From NCBI RefSeq assembly GCF_003013815.1, contig NZ_PRLH01000189.1, positions 2,301 to 34,300 of the forward strand: a stretch of DNA of 32,000 nt, read 5' to 3'. This DNA is from Cyanothece sp. BG0011. Lineage in GTDB: Bacteria > Cyanobacteriota > Cyanobacteriia > Cyanobacteriales > Microcystaceae. Positions 16,717 to 26,638 of this stretch are shown here, piece after piece. The position numbers and the translations under genes are program-made. Within the stretch, counting starts at the first letter, position 1. The number at the start of each line of letters is the position of its first letter. Below the pieces are notes generated by a model. That model searched no databases and was not told the DNA's origin. It was given only the letters and a program-made list of their open reading frames with translations.

Positions 16717-17664
16717 ATGACAGAATCTGTTCTCACAGGACAAATAAATACTTCAGGCGATCGCCCGAAAGTCCAAAAATGGATGAGATTTTTAGTCTGG
16801 AAAATCGCCATCGCCACCCTACTACTAATGGCTGTCGGCAGTGCCACACGGGTGATGAATGCCGGGTTAGCTTGTCCCGACTGGCCCCTATGTTATGGCC
16901 AGTTAGTCCCCACCCAACAAATGAACCTACAAGTCTTCTTAGAATGGTTCCATCGCTTGGATGCTTCTTTAATTGGTTTGAGTACCCTGGCGTTAGTGGG
17001 ACTGTCTTGGTGGTTTCGCAAAGAACTCCCCAAATGGCTACCCTGGGCTTGTTTAGGGGCATTAGGTCTAATTGTCTTCCAAGGAATTTTAGGGGGTTTA
17101 ACGGTCACTCAAATGTTGCGGTTTGATATTGTGACCGCCCATTTAGGAACGGCTCTACTCTTTTTTGCCACCTTAGTGATCATTGCCCTGTGTTTAACCC
17201 CCTATCAAGGCACCACCACCGCCGGTAAACTGCGCTGGGCTAGCCTGATTGCTGCTATTTTAGTTTATATCCAATGCTTATTAGGGGCTTTAGTGGGGTC
17301 CCGTTGGGCCTTGCATCAATGTTTTGGGGGTTCCCAACTCTGCGCGGTGATGAATAGTCATATCATTGGGGTGGTTCCTGCTACCCTAGCCACGTTAACC
17401 GTTGTGGTTATGGCCTGGCGCACTCCGGCCCTTCATCCTACCTTGAGAACACTGGCTTGGGTAGCCGGGGGTGTGGTACTATTACAAGTCCTCTTAGGGG
17501 TAGCCACCTTTTACCTACATTTACAGGTAGAACCCTTAACAGTGACTCATCATACTGTCGGGGCTGCTTTATTTGCCACATTAGTGGCTTTGACAACCCT
17601 AGGAATGCGAGATGCAAACGGCTACGTAGACGGCAAGCGGCAAGCGGCAAAAGGCAACAGTTAA
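16717..17664 (+). CDS. ctaA: heme A synthase (COX15/CtaA)
   Basis: 315 aa with eight TM helices, a conserved CPDWPLCYG motif and His residues within the helices. It sits immediately upstream of ctaB. Confidence 0.85.
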   Translation: MTESVLTGQINTSGDRPKVQKWMRFLVWKIAIATLLLMAVGSATRVMNAGLACPDWPLCYGQLVPTQQMNLQVFLEWFHRLDASLIGLSTLALVGLSWWFRKELPKWLPWACLGALGLIVFQGILGGLTVTQMLRFDIVTAHLGTALLFFATLVIIALCLTPYQGTTTAGKLRWASLIAAILVYIQCLLGALVGSRWALHQCFGGSQLCAVMNSHIIGVVPATLATLTVVVMAWRTPALHPTLRTLAWVAGGVVLLQVLLGVATFYLHLQVEPLTVTHHTVGAALFATLVALTTLGMRDANGYVDGKRQAAKGNS

Positions 17665-17765
17665 TCATCTCCATAGGTTGCTTAACGAATAGCCTTTGTG
17701 TGTTGCTGTCTTTTTTTGTGCTTAGCACAACAACTTATTAACTTAATAGAATTTGGTGTGAATTA

Positions 17766-18710
17766 ATGATTGGGACTGATGTTGTCCGTCGTAACGAGAA
17801 CTTTTTACAAGTGGTTAGAAGTTATTATCAACTAACCAAACCGAGGATTATTCCTCTCTTATTAATTACCACGGCCGCTTCGATGTGGATTGCCTCTGAG
17901 GGTCAAGTCGACTCCTTTAAACTGTTAATTACCTTATTAGGAGGAACCCTCGCGGCCGCTTCAGCGCAAGTGATGAACTGTATCTACGATCGCGACATTG
18001 ATTATGAAATGTTGCGCACCCGGGCCCGCCCCATTCCTTCGGGCCGAGTACAGTCTAGTCACGCCCTCATTTTTGCCCTGGTATTGGCAGTCATTTCTTT
18101 TAGCCTCTTTCTCATTTATATCAACCTTCTCAGTGGCTTATTGGCCATGTCTGGTATTGCCTTCTATATGTTGGTGTATACCCACTTTCTCAAACGGAAT
18201 ACCCCTCAAAATATTGTTATTGGTGGGGCCGCTGGTTCCATTCCTCCTCTGGTGGGTTGGGCCGCTGTCACTGGGGATCTCAGTTGGGCCCCCTGGATTT
18301 TATTTGCCATTATTTTCCTCTGGACTCCCCCCCATTTTTGGGCGTTAGCTTTGATGATTAAAGATGATTATGCCCAGGTGAATGTGCCAATGATGCCGGT
18401 CATCGAAGGAGAAGAGTCAACGGTCCGTCAAATTTGGTGGTACACCCTCTTAGTGATTCCCTGCACTTTCTTATTAGTCTATCCGGTGGGGGCTTCCGGT
18501 TGGCTATATGGGGTAATGGCCTTATGCTTAGGGGCGATGTTTATCAAGAAAAGCTGGTTACTTAAACAAAACCCCTTAGATAAAGAGATGGCAAAATCCT
18601 TGTTTAAGTTTTCTATCCTCTATTTGATGTTGTTATGCACCGCTATGGTAGTGGATAGTTTACCCTTTACCCATCAATTGTTTACAGCGATGATCAATTT
18701 CGTTAGTTAA
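17766..18710 (+). CDS. ctaB: protoheme IX farnesyltransferase (heme O synthase)
   Basis: 314 aa in the UbiA prenyltransferase family (NCIYDRDIDYEMLRTRARPIPSGR; WTPPHFWALA). Confidence 0.92.
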   Translation: MIGTDVVRRNENFLQVVRSYYQLTKPRIIPLLLITTAASMWIASEGQVDSFKLLITLLGGTLAAASAQVMNCIYDRDIDYEMLRTRARPIPSGRVQSSHALIFALVLAVISFSLFLIYINLLSGLLAMSGIAFYMLVYTHFLKRNTPQNIVIGGAAGSIPPLVGWAAVTGDLSWAPWILFAIIFLWTPPHFWALALMIKDDYAQVNVPMMPVIEGEESTVRQIWWYTLLVIPCTFLLVYPVGASGWLYGVMALCLGAMFIKKSWLLKQNPLDKEMAKSLFKFSILYLMLLCTAMVVDSLPFTHQLFTAMINFVS

Positions 18711-18726
18711 TCGGGCAATGATGGTG

Positions 18727-18766
18727 ATAGGAAGCAGGAAGAGAACTTAATCTCTTGGCTTCCTAT
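18727..18766. terminator. compound hairpin between convergent ctaB and the SDR gene (possible bidirectional terminator)
   Basis: The outer 9-bp stem ataggaagc/gcttcctat encloses an inner 6-bp stem aagaga/tctctt. Confidence 0.5.
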
Positions 18767-18770
18767 ATTA

Positions 18771-19652
18771 TTAAAGTTGATCTTTTAATTGTTTTAATTC
18801 TTCTCTTAAAGATAAGGGTTGATAACCGAGTTTAAATGCTTTGGAACTATCTAAAGCAGTATCAGGCGATCGCGGGGCAGACATAGGCACATCTTGTTGT
18901 AAACAAGGGGTAATTAACTCAGGAGAAAAGGCAAAAATTTCTGCCATTAAATGCCCAAATTTATAACGGGAAATTCGTTCTTTTCCCCCTAAATGTAGGA
19001 TTTCTCCCTCTGCTTTTTCTAAAGCTAATAATAGCCCTTTGGCAGCGGTTAACCCACTGACAGGGGTGCGATATTCATCGGTAAATAAACTTAACTCTTT
19101 TCCTTGTCTAAAGGTATCTAAAAAGAATTGAATAAAGCTGGCCCCATGGGGGGAAGGAAGACCAAACATTAACGGCATTCGACAGATAACTATTTTAGGA
19201 TAAATAGCTAACATTTTTTCTTCGGCTTTTACTTTTTGTTCTCCATAATAACTAATAGGAGAAACAGGATCAGTTTCTTTGTAGGGAGACTTTGAACCAT
19301 TAAAAACTAAATCCGTTGACGTAAAAACACAAGGAATATTGAGATTAGCGCATAATTGAGCAATATTCACTGAAGCCGTTACATTAATTTTATAGGCATC
19401 TTCTGGATTATTTTGACAATAGTTCGGTTTCGATGCTGCGGCTAAATGAATCACTGCATCGGGCTTTATTTCATTAAATACTGTTTGTAATTCCTTAATA
19501 TTTGTAACATCAACCTTGACATATTTAACCTTATCTATATTAGTTTTATTACGATAATAAGTCCCATAAACCTGCCAATTTGCCTTAGTATATTGACAAA
19601 CATTATAACCCAGAAAACCACTAGCCCCTGTAATTAAAAGTTTTTTAGTCAT
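18771..19652 (-). CDS. SDR-family NAD(P)-dependent reductase, RmlD (dTDP-4-dehydrorhamnose reductase)-like
   Basis: 293 aa with an N-terminal GASGFLG Rossmann motif and a YGEQK catalytic motif. Its start overlaps the HAD gene stop (ATGACTAA). Confidence 0.8.
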   Translation of the reverse strand: MTKKLLITGASGFLGYNVCQYTKANWQVYGTYYRNKTNIDKVKYVKVDVTNIKELQTVFNEIKPDAVIHLAAASKPNYCQNNPEDAYKINVTASVNIAQLCANLNIPCVFTSTDLVFNGSKSPYKETDPVSPISYYGEQKVKAEEKMLAIYPKIVICRMPLMFGLPSPHGASFIQFFLDTFRQGKELSLFTDEYRTPVSGLTAAKGLLLALEKAEGEILHLGGKERISRYKFGHLMAEIFAFSPELITPCLQQDVPMSAPRSPDTALDSSKAFKLGYQPLSLREELKQLKDQL

Positions 19653-20349
19653 TAATCAATCTTTCCATAGAATCAATAATCGTATAGTTTGATCGATCAA
19701 ATTTTTCCTTTCTTTCCAATAAAAAAGCGTTAATACCAACAGCTTTTGCCCCTTGATAATCTTCTTTTTTACTATCTCCAATATGCCAAGCTTCTTCAGG
19801 TTGACATTGATGTTTTTCTAAGGCTTCAACAAAAATTTTAGGATCGGGTTTAGCCCTTCCTGTTGTGGAAGAAATGGTAATGGTTTGAAAGAAATTAGTT
19901 AAGGCAAACATATCCAATACCTCATAAATTCTACTATCAAAATTTGAGATAATTCCCAATGGTATTCCCTGTTTTTGCCAATAGTCTAAAGCGGGAAAAA
20001 CATCTGTATAAAGAAACCAAGGATGAGGGGTGGCAAAATAATCATAAACTTGCCGAAAAAAGCCATCAAAATCATGAAATTGATCCATGACTTCTACTGC
20101 TGTATAAGTATCATAAGCCACCTGATACCACCACTGATATTCTAAGTCTGGCACCGCCATGATATCTACCCCCGAAAAAGCTAAGGGGGGGGCTTTTTTA
20201 AACTGTTGATAAAATGCAGTGTCTAACGTCTGAGGATCACATTGTATTCCCACCTGTGAGGCAAGATAACCATACACTTCCCCTACCGATCCCTTAACAC
20301 CAAATAATGTGCCAACGGCATCAAAAAAAATGACTTTAGGTTGTTTCAT
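19645..20349 (-). CDS. HAD-superfamily hydrolase
   Basis: 234 aa with motif I FFDAVGTLF, then ISNFD, then KPDPKIF and GDSKKED. Confidence 0.85.
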   Translation of the reverse strand: MKQPKVIFFDAVGTLFGVKGSVGEVYGYLASQVGIQCDPQTLDTAFYQQFKKAPPLAFSGVDIMAVPDLEYQWWYQVAYDTYTAVEVMDQFHDFDGFFRQVYDYFATPHPWFLYTDVFPALDYWQKQGIPLGIISNFDSRIYEVLDMFALTNFFQTITISSTTGRAKPDPKIFVEALEKHQCQPEEAWHIGDSKKEDYQGAKAVGINAFLLERKEKFDRSNYTIIDSMERLIND

Positions 20350-20382
20350 AAAGCTCTAATATTTTATGCTCTTTAGTAATAG

Positions 20383-21573
20383 TTATGAAAAGAAATCAGT
20401 TAAAGGTTTAGTGATCCAATTAATACCCACATTGAGTTGATGTTTTAACGTAGGTAATCGATATAAATAAATTAATCGTCTAGCCATATAACCCAACGGA
20501 CCATCTAAATTAATTCCTAACCCTGATAACGTAGCATTATCAACCCCTAACGCCATCATTTCTCCTAAAGGTTGGTAAGCAAAAGGTAATAGAGGACGAT
20601 AGGTAATGGAAGCCCAAAGATTCCAAGCACAATAATCAGATTGTTGGAACGCTGTTTGCGCCGTTGCAGGAATTAAGTTTTTGGATTCATCGTAACAAGC
20701 AGCTAAATCACCAAGGGCAAAAATATTAGGGTGATCGACTACTTGTAAATGAGGATTTATTTTTAACAGTCCTTTCGAGGTTTTGGGTAGGGGTAAATGA
20801 TTAACCATATCAATCACTTGGGTTCCCACAGTCCACAAAACTAAATCCACAGGAATGGTGTCAATTTTTCCTTTATAAGCTAAAGAAATACTATCAGAAG
20901 TAACTTGAGTAACTTCGGTTTCTAGATCGATAAATACCCGTCGAGATTCTAGGGCATTTTCAGCCACTTCTTGATTAAATTCAGGGGATGTACTCAGTAT
21001 TTTTTCTCCTCTTTCGATGAGTCTGATCCGTCCGATATCTCCTAAGCGATCAGCCAATTTACAAGCTAATTCAACCCCACTATAGCCACCACCAACAATG
21101 GCAATACGGATTTTTTCGGCTTCTTTTTCTTCTAATAAACGTAATCTTTCTTTAATTCGATAAGCATCTTCTAAAGTCCGAAATGGGATGGCATAATCTT
21201 TCACCCCACTAAAATTATCTAAAGGGGTTTTCCCTCCCATAGCTAACACTAAGCGATCGTAATGTAAGCTATTGTGATTATCTAATTGGAGTTGTTGGTT
21301 TTCAATATCAATATCCGTGACACACCCTTGATGAAAACGGATGGCCGTACCGGCTAAAATTTCTTCATAAGGTGGGGCAATCTCCCACGTTTGCATCTCC
21401 TCAGTAATTAATTCATAGAGAAGGGGAGTAAATAAAAAGCGATCGCTTTTATCAATTAAGATAATTTCAGGGGTTTGCTCTTCTTCCCACCGAAACTGGG
21501 TTAGACGTAAAGCGGTATAGAGTCCCCCAAACCCTCCCCCGACAATGCAAATGCGTAATGGTTGTTCACTCAT
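20383..21573 (-). CDS. type II NAD(P)H dehydrogenase (NDH-2), NdbB-size class
   Basis: 396 aa with two dinucleotide-binding motifs (IVGGGFGG; IVGGGYSG) and the FALGD motif. Confidence 0.85.
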   Translation of the reverse strand: MSEQPLRICIVGGGFGGLYTALRLTQFRWEEEQTPEIILIDKSDRFLFTPLLYELITEEMQTWEIAPPYEEILAGTAIRFHQGCVTDIDIENQQLQLDNHNSLHYDRLVLAMGGKTPLDNFSGVKDYAIPFRTLEDAYRIKERLRLLEEKEAEKIRIAIVGGGYSGVELACKLADRLGDIGRIRLIERGEKILSTSPEFNQEVAENALESRRVFIDLETEVTQVTSDSISLAYKGKIDTIPVDLVLWTVGTQVIDMVNHLPLPKTSKGLLKINPHLQVVDHPNIFALGDLAACYDESKNLIPATAQTAFQQSDYCAWNLWASITYRPLLPFAYQPLGEMMALGVDNATLSGLGINLDGPLGYMARRLIYLYRLPTLKHQLNVGINWITKPLTDFFS

Positions 21574-21631
21574 AAGTTGGGTTAATGATGCGGTTCATAA
21601 TATATCTTAACATTTTAAATAATTAATTAAT

Positions 21632-21660
21632 AAAAAAAGGGAATAAAATAATTTATTCCC
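21632..21660 (-). terminator. Rho-independent terminator of hpf/lrtA
   Basis: On the minus strand, gggaataaa-ttat-tttattccc (a 9-bp stem) is followed by seven U. Confidence 0.7.
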
Positions 21661-21727
21661 CTAAAATATTGACTTTAAATCCTCTTAAAGACTTTGTTAG
21701 TCCTTAAGCATTTGTCTGGTGATTATT

Positions 21728-22303
21728 TTAGCTTTCACGGGGTTGTATGACACCAAAACCACCATGATTTCTCATATAGATCACATTGATTTCATTGGTG
21801 TCTTCATTGCGAAACATATAGAAGTCGTGATCCACTAATTCGAGTTGATGTTTGGCTTCTTCTATTGACATCGCAGGCATGGCAAAATATTTCATGCGAA
21901 TCACTTCGGGGGGTAATTCTGCCTCGCGATCGCCAATTAAATCTTCTTTCACTTCTGTCTCGGGAAGCACTTCGGGACTCTTCACAGAGGATTGAGGTTT
22001 ATGGTTATTAATTTTCTCTTTATATTTACGAAGCTGACGGGCAATTTTATCAGAAACCAAGTCAATACTTGCATAGAGATTTTCACTCCCTTCTTGGGCG
22101 CGAATCACTGTCCCATTGGCATAAACTGTGACTTCTGCTTTATGCTTATCGGTAATACGGGCATTCTTGGCCACAGATAAGTGAACATCAACTTTTGTGG
22201 TAAAAGTTTGATAATGTTTCACGGCTTTTTCTAATTTCTGTGTGACGTAATCATTGATCGATTCGGTTACATCAATATTATTGCCTTGAATTAATAGCTT
22301 CAT
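21728..22303 (-). CDS. hpf: long-form ribosome hibernation promoting factor (light-repressed protein LrtA)
   Basis: [16 protein letters not shown]...[34 protein letters not shown] matches LrtA/HPF. The second ATG (22303) has GGAG 8 nt upstream. The tracked ORF starts two codons earlier at 22309. Confidence 0.93.
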   Translation of the reverse strand: MKLLIQGNNIDVTESINDYVTQKLEKAVKHYQTFTTKVDVHLSVAKNARITDKHKAEVTVYANGTVIRAQEGSENLYASIDLVSDKIARQLRKYKEKINNHKPQSSVKSPEVLPETEVKEDLIGDREAELPPEVIRMKYFAMPAMSIEEAKHQLELVDHDFYMFRNEDTNEINVIYMRNHGGFGVIQPRES

Positions 22304-22832
22304 ACTCATTACTCCATTTTTTGTTTCATTGTTGTAGAATTAAAAGAGAAAAATTGGGCTTTTTCTTATCTTTATTGATGAGATAGAGGCAACCCTATCA
22401 TTGGATTAATTCAATAACAATGGAGTGGGATATCTTTGTTTGTTCATACAATTCCTTGACCTCTTTTTAATTATCTTAAGCAGGGTTCCTTTATTCCTTA
22501 ATTTCCCCTAGATTAAGATAGTTTAATGATAGAAGGGCGAGAGTTTAATACTAGCTTTAATATTTTCTCTCCCTACTCAATTGATCATCTTGATGTGATC
22601 TGAGTCTCCAATCTTTACCCTACAGGATTCCTTACTTGTTGAGGGGAAGAATTGGTGAGAAAAACCTGTTTTGGGTGGCGTTTCTTTCAATCCTTGTCTC
22701 CGAGATAAACTCTGTATACTTTTAGACTAACACTTTGTATTGTTCTAAACATCGGTCTTTGTCTTCTTTTTATGTTCCTTTGCATCTCTTCATATTTCTT
22801 AAATATTTGCCCTGAAAACTTCGTTAATCGTT

Positions 22833-23492
22833 ATGTCAACTTCCCCTTTAGTACAACCCCGACGGTGTATACTGCAAAATTTAGGTATGATACCTTATCA
22901 AAGGGCGTGGGAGATGCAGCGATCGCTGGTTAACCAACGCTTAGACAACCCTAGTTTAGACGACACCCTATTATTATTAGAACATCCCCCCGTGTACACC
23001 TTGGGAACCGGGGCCGATACCCAGTTTATGAAGTTTGATCCCCAACACAGTCTTATCCCTGTTTATCGCATCGAAAGGGGGGGAGAAGTCACCTATCATT
23101 GTCCGGGTCAATTAGTGGGTTATCCTATTCTTAATTTACGTTACTATCAGCAGGATTTACATTGGTATTTAAGACAACTTGAGACAGTTATTATTGAAGT
23201 TTTAAACAGTTATCAACTGCCAGGAAAAAGAATTCCAGGATTAACCGGGGTTTGGGTAGATAATTATAAAGTTGCAGCCATTGGCATTAAAGTAAAACGT
23301 TGGGTTACCATGCACGGATTTTCCATTAATGTGTGTCCTGATTTACAAGGATTTAATCATATTATTCCCTGTGGAATTAAAGATAAACCTGTGGGAAGTT
23401 TACAGCAATTTTTGCCTGGCATTACTTTAGAAGAAATACAAATAAAAGTGATAGAAATGTTTGCAAAAGTGTTTGATGTTGAATATAATTAA
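22833..23492 (+). CDS. lipB: octanoyltransferase (lipoyl(octanoyl) transferase)
   Basis: 219 aa with motifs [31 protein letters not shown] and KVAAIGIKV. Confidence 0.93.
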   Translation: MSTSPLVQPRRCILQNLGMIPYQRAWEMQRSLVNQRLDNPSLDDTLLLLEHPPVYTLGTGADTQFMKFDPQHSLIPVYRIERGGEVTYHCPGQLVGYPILNLRYYQQDLHWYLRQLETVIIEVLNSYQLPGKRIPGLTGVWVDNYKVAAIGIKVKRWVTMHGFSINVCPDLQGFNHIIPCGIKDKPVGSLQQFLPGITLEEIQIKVIEMFAKVFDVEYN

Positions 23493-23543
23493 AGAAAAAC
23501 TAACTTTAAACTAATATAATCTCCAAAATTATTGTCCACCTTC

Positions 23544-24524
23544 TCACTGATTGACTAAATCACGAATAACATTAATCATAACTTCTGGTTCATCTATCCA
23601 AACAAAATGACTACTATTATTAGCTAAAACTTGTCTAGAATTTGATGAAAGCTTTAGCAACTCTTCATGGATAATCTCTCTAACATTATTAGTGGTTTTT
23701 ATAGGTAAGAAAAAACCAAAAAGTGACGGTTTAAAAAATGTTTTTGATTTAATACTAATTAGGGGAATATCTCCTAAGTTATCTGCTTTTCGTACTTGAG
23801 TTGCACTGATTTCTAAATTCCAAATTTCTCTAGCCATTGTTAACCAATGTTTAGGACGATAAAAAGAACGTTTAACCCTCATGCGAATCTCTATACTAAA
23901 CTTTCTTAATTGAGGTTTGATTAATTCAAATATTCCTAAGTTTCCTAGAATTCTAATTACCCCTAATATTGAACCACAAATTGACATTAAAAAACCTGAG
24001 AAAAAAAACAATTTTAATAATTTAACAGACAAAGGTAAACTTAACATCCCTTTTTCGTGGAGTCCATCTGTTAAAATAATACTAGAAACTTTCTCAGGAA
24101 AATAATGAGCATATAGCCTAATATTGTAACTACCAAAAGAATCACCCATTAAAATATAAGGAGGTGAAATTCCTGCTTTTTCTAACAGTTGATCTAATTC
24201 TCTTACAATTTCTTGACTACAACGTTTTTTCGGACTAGAATCACTCCAACCATAACCCGGTCTATCATAGATAAAAACTTGAGTAATTTTGGCAATTTCA
24301 TTGATTAAAAAATAACCTTCTATTCCTCCTAAACTGTGATCGATTACCACTGTATGACTACCCATTCCCTTAATATAACAATGAACTTTATAACCCCCCA
24401 AATCAATCAATTTTCCAGGAAGCAGTTGTTGCTTATTCTCCCAATAGGTCATCAACCAATGATAGATAGTTGTTAAAGATAAAAGTATCAGTTTATAATG
24501 GTCAAATATAAAGTTGTTATTCAT
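23544..24524 (-). CDS. alpha/beta-fold hydrolase with N-terminal TM segment
   Basis: 326 aa with the nucleophile elbow GDSFG, HSLGG upstream of it and a C-terminal His region. Its start overlaps the upstream gene's stop (ATGAATAA). Confidence 0.8.
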   Translation of the reverse strand: MNNNFIFDHYKLILLSLTTIYHWLMTYWENKQQLLPGKLIDLGGYKVHCYIKGMGSHTVVIDHSLGGIEGYFLINEIAKITQVFIYDRPGYGWSDSSPKKRCSQEIVRELDQLLEKAGISPPYILMGDSFGSYNIRLYAHYFPEKVSSIILTDGLHEKGMLSLPLSVKLLKLFFFSGFLMSICGSILGVIRILGNLGIFELIKPQLRKFSIEIRMRVKRSFYRPKHWLTMAREIWNLEISATQVRKADNLGDIPLISIKSKTFFKPSLFGFFLPIKTTNNVREIIHEELLKLSSNSRQVLANNSSHFVWIDEPEVMINVIRDLVNQ

Positions 24525-25254
24525 GCTGACTTATTTGGTTAGCAACTTCCTTTAAGACTTTTAGACTTTGCAAAGAACTTCTAATTAAATGTATTGAATT
24601 TGACGGATTTTTTAACATTTGACGGGCTAATATTAAAGGTTGTAAGGTTCCATCTTCTCTAAATGCCTTTGTTAAGTCGGGTAAATCTTGCTGGCAATTA
24701 TCACTAATGACCCGAATCATAGCCACAGGAATGCCTAATTTTTCACTCCAATGTAATAAGGCATAGCCTTCCATATCCACGACATCTGCTTGATATTTTT
24801 TACCTAATAAAAGCTTTTCTTGAGCAGAACAAATAACGCGATCGCTAGTTATTCCTGTGCCGATCAATGGGCTATTTCCTAACTGCTGAAATAGGCTCTT
24901 GGTCAGAAATTGGTCACACTGCCCCTTACTTTCCTGACTATCATCCATTAAACCACACTTTTTGTACAAAATCACATCCCCCACAGAATAATTTTGAGAC
25001 AAACTTCCCCCTAACCCCATCAGTATCAATCCTTGCGGTCTCTTATTAAGAAACTCTGGAGTTTGTTGCCATTGTTCTAGGAAGTGACTTAAGGGTTTAA
25101 TTCCAGCAGGAATCCTGAGAATTTTGAATTTTGATTGATTTTTACCCATTCCTTGACAAACGGTCTTATATTCCATCCCTTGAGGGACTAAAACAGTATT
25201 AACATCAGGGTTTTGGGGATTAGGGTTATAATGGGAGTGTGATCTAGATAACAT
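24517..25254 (-). CDS. PNP/UDP-1 phosphorylase-family protein (MTA/SAH-nucleosidase-like)
   Basis: 245 aa. The segment DVVDMEGYALLHWSEKLGIPVAMIRVISD is typical of the nucleosidase/phosphorylase fold. Confidence 0.7.
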   Translation of the reverse strand: MLSRSHSHYNPNPQNPDVNTVLVPQGMEYKTVCQGMGKNQSKFKILRIPAGIKPLSHFLEQWQQTPEFLNKRPQGLILMGLGGSLSQNYSVGDVILYKKCGLMDDSQESKGQCDQFLTKSLFQQLGNSPLIGTGITSDRVICSAQEKLLLGKKYQADVVDMEGYALLHWSEKLGIPVAMIRVISDNCQQDLPDLTKAFREDGTLQPLILARQMLKNPSNSIHLIRSSLQSLKVLKEVANQISQHE

Positions 25255-25484
25255 TGATAATTCTTGCTAATCTTTCTTATTTGAAAATGCAGAAAAATGG
25301 GCTATAAAAGGAAAGGTACTTATTGAAAATTAATGCTAATTGAGCTTGTCACAAAAGATAGCTCAAGCATAGCTTAAACATAACGGTGATGGTTAACCCA
25401 GTCTGATAGCTATCGCTTCTCCCCGATGAAATCGATTATTTTTAGCTCAATTTGTCCTAATTTATTGTTTACTTTCTTCTTGCT

Positions 25485-26543
25485 ATGGAAAACTCTATCA
25501 TTCTCCAGGTTAATCAACTGGTTAAACAATTTTCTCCTCATCAAGTTCCAGCTGTCGATGACGTTAATTTTCAATTAGCCCAAGGAGAGATTTTAGGGTT
25601 GTTAGGTCCGTCTGGTTGTGGTAAAACAACCCTATTACGCATGGTTGCCGGGTTTGAACAACCGTCCCAGGGAACCATAGAACTCGCAGGCAAGATCATT
25701 GCTAGTCCGTCTCAGTTACTTCCCCCAGAACAACGCAATACGGGGATGGTCTTTCAAGATTATGCTTTGTTTCCCCATTTAAACATCGCTGATAATATTG
25801 CTTTTGGCTTAAATAAGAAACGATTAAGCAAAAAAGAGGTCAAACAGCGTATTGTCGAAGTCTTAACCCTAGTGGGACTAGAAGGCTTAGAAAAACGCTA
25901 TCCTCATCAACTTTCAGGGGGACAACAACAACGGGTGGCCTTAGCCAGAGCATTAGCCCCTCAACCCGCCTTAATTTTACTCGATGAACCCCTCAGTAAC
26001 CTCGATGTACAGGTTCGCATTAGACTGCGCCACGAAATTCGTCATATTCTCAAAGCCACAGGGATCACCGCTATTTTTGTTACCCACGACCAAGAAGAAG
26101 CCTTAGCCATTTGCGATAAAATTGGAGTCATGTCCTCTGGCAAAATTGAACAACTAGGGACTCCTGAAAGTATTTACACTCGTCCTGCATCTCGTTTTGT
26201 GGCTGAATTTGTCACCCAGGCGAACTTTATCCCTGCCAAACGACAAGGGAAACTCTGGACCACAGAAGTAGGACAATGGGAACTCTCTTCACCTCCTGAA
26301 ACCGTCCCCGAAGGAGACTTAATGGTCAGACAAGAAGATATTCTTTTAAAACCCGATGAGACGGCCAAAGTCGTGATCAGCGATCGCCAATTTTTAGGGA
26401 GAGAATACCGTTACTGTTTACGAACCCCTTCTGGTGGACAAATTCACGCGAGAACAACGTTACAGACTCAGTTACCCATCGGGACCAAGGTTCAACTGGC
26501 CATCGCGTCTCAGTCGGCCCAAGTGTTCCCTGGGGTTTCGTAA
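25485..26543 (+). CDS. ABC importer ATP-binding protein (CysA/PotA/FbpC type, possibly FutC-like)
   Basis: 352 aa with Walker A GPSGCGKTT, signature LSGGQQQRV, Walker B LLDEP and a C-terminal TOBE-like domain. No permease or binding-protein gene is adjacent. Confidence 0.9.
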   Translation: MENSIILQVNQLVKQFSPHQVPAVDDVNFQLAQGEILGLLGPSGCGKTTLLRMVAGFEQPSQGTIELAGKIIASPSQLLPPEQRNTGMVFQDYALFPHLNIADNIAFGLNKKRLSKKEVKQRIVEVLTLVGLEGLEKRYPHQLSGGQQQRVALARALAPQPALILLDEPLSNLDVQVRIRLRHEIRHILKATGITAIFVTHDQEEALAICDKIGVMSSGKIEQLGTPESIYTRPASRFVAEFVTQANFIPAKRQGKLWTTEVGQWELSSPPETVPEGDLMVRQEDILLKPDETAKVVISDRQFLGREYRYCLRTPSGGQIHARTTLQTQLPIGTKVQLAIASQSAQVFPGVS

Positions 26544-26578
26544 AGGGAATGGGGAATGGGGAATAGGGAATGGGGAGA
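26544..26578 (+). repeat. tandem heptamer array (GGGGAAT)x5, imperfect
   Basis: agggaat ggggaat ggggaat agggaat ggggaga begins at the first base after the stop codon. Confidence 0.85.
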
Positions 26579-26618
26579 GGACACAAGCAAGGGACGAACT
26601 ATTGCCACCCCCTCTAAC

Positions 26619-26638
26619 TCCCCCTTGTGTGAGGGGGA
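26619..26638 (+). repeat. C5/G5 hairpin (tccccct-tgtgtg-aggggga)
   Basis: 7-bp G:C-rich stem inside the same repeat-rich intergenic region. Confidence 0.6.

Noticed and set aside
16733-18348. Six nested or antisense ORFs inside ctaA and ctaB (16733-17062, 16779-17126, 16893-17108, 17438-17728, 17457-17741, 17998-18348)
   Set aside because: They lie in alternative frames of GC-richer genes whose main frames encode unmistakable CtaA and CtaB. These are typical shadow ORFs.
25320-25345. Possible Fur box (ttgaaaattaatgctaattgag) upstream of the FutC-like ABC ATPase
   Set aside because: Only about 8 of 19 positions match the GATAATGATAATCATTATC consensus when aligned by eye. In AT-rich DNA this cannot be told apart from chance.
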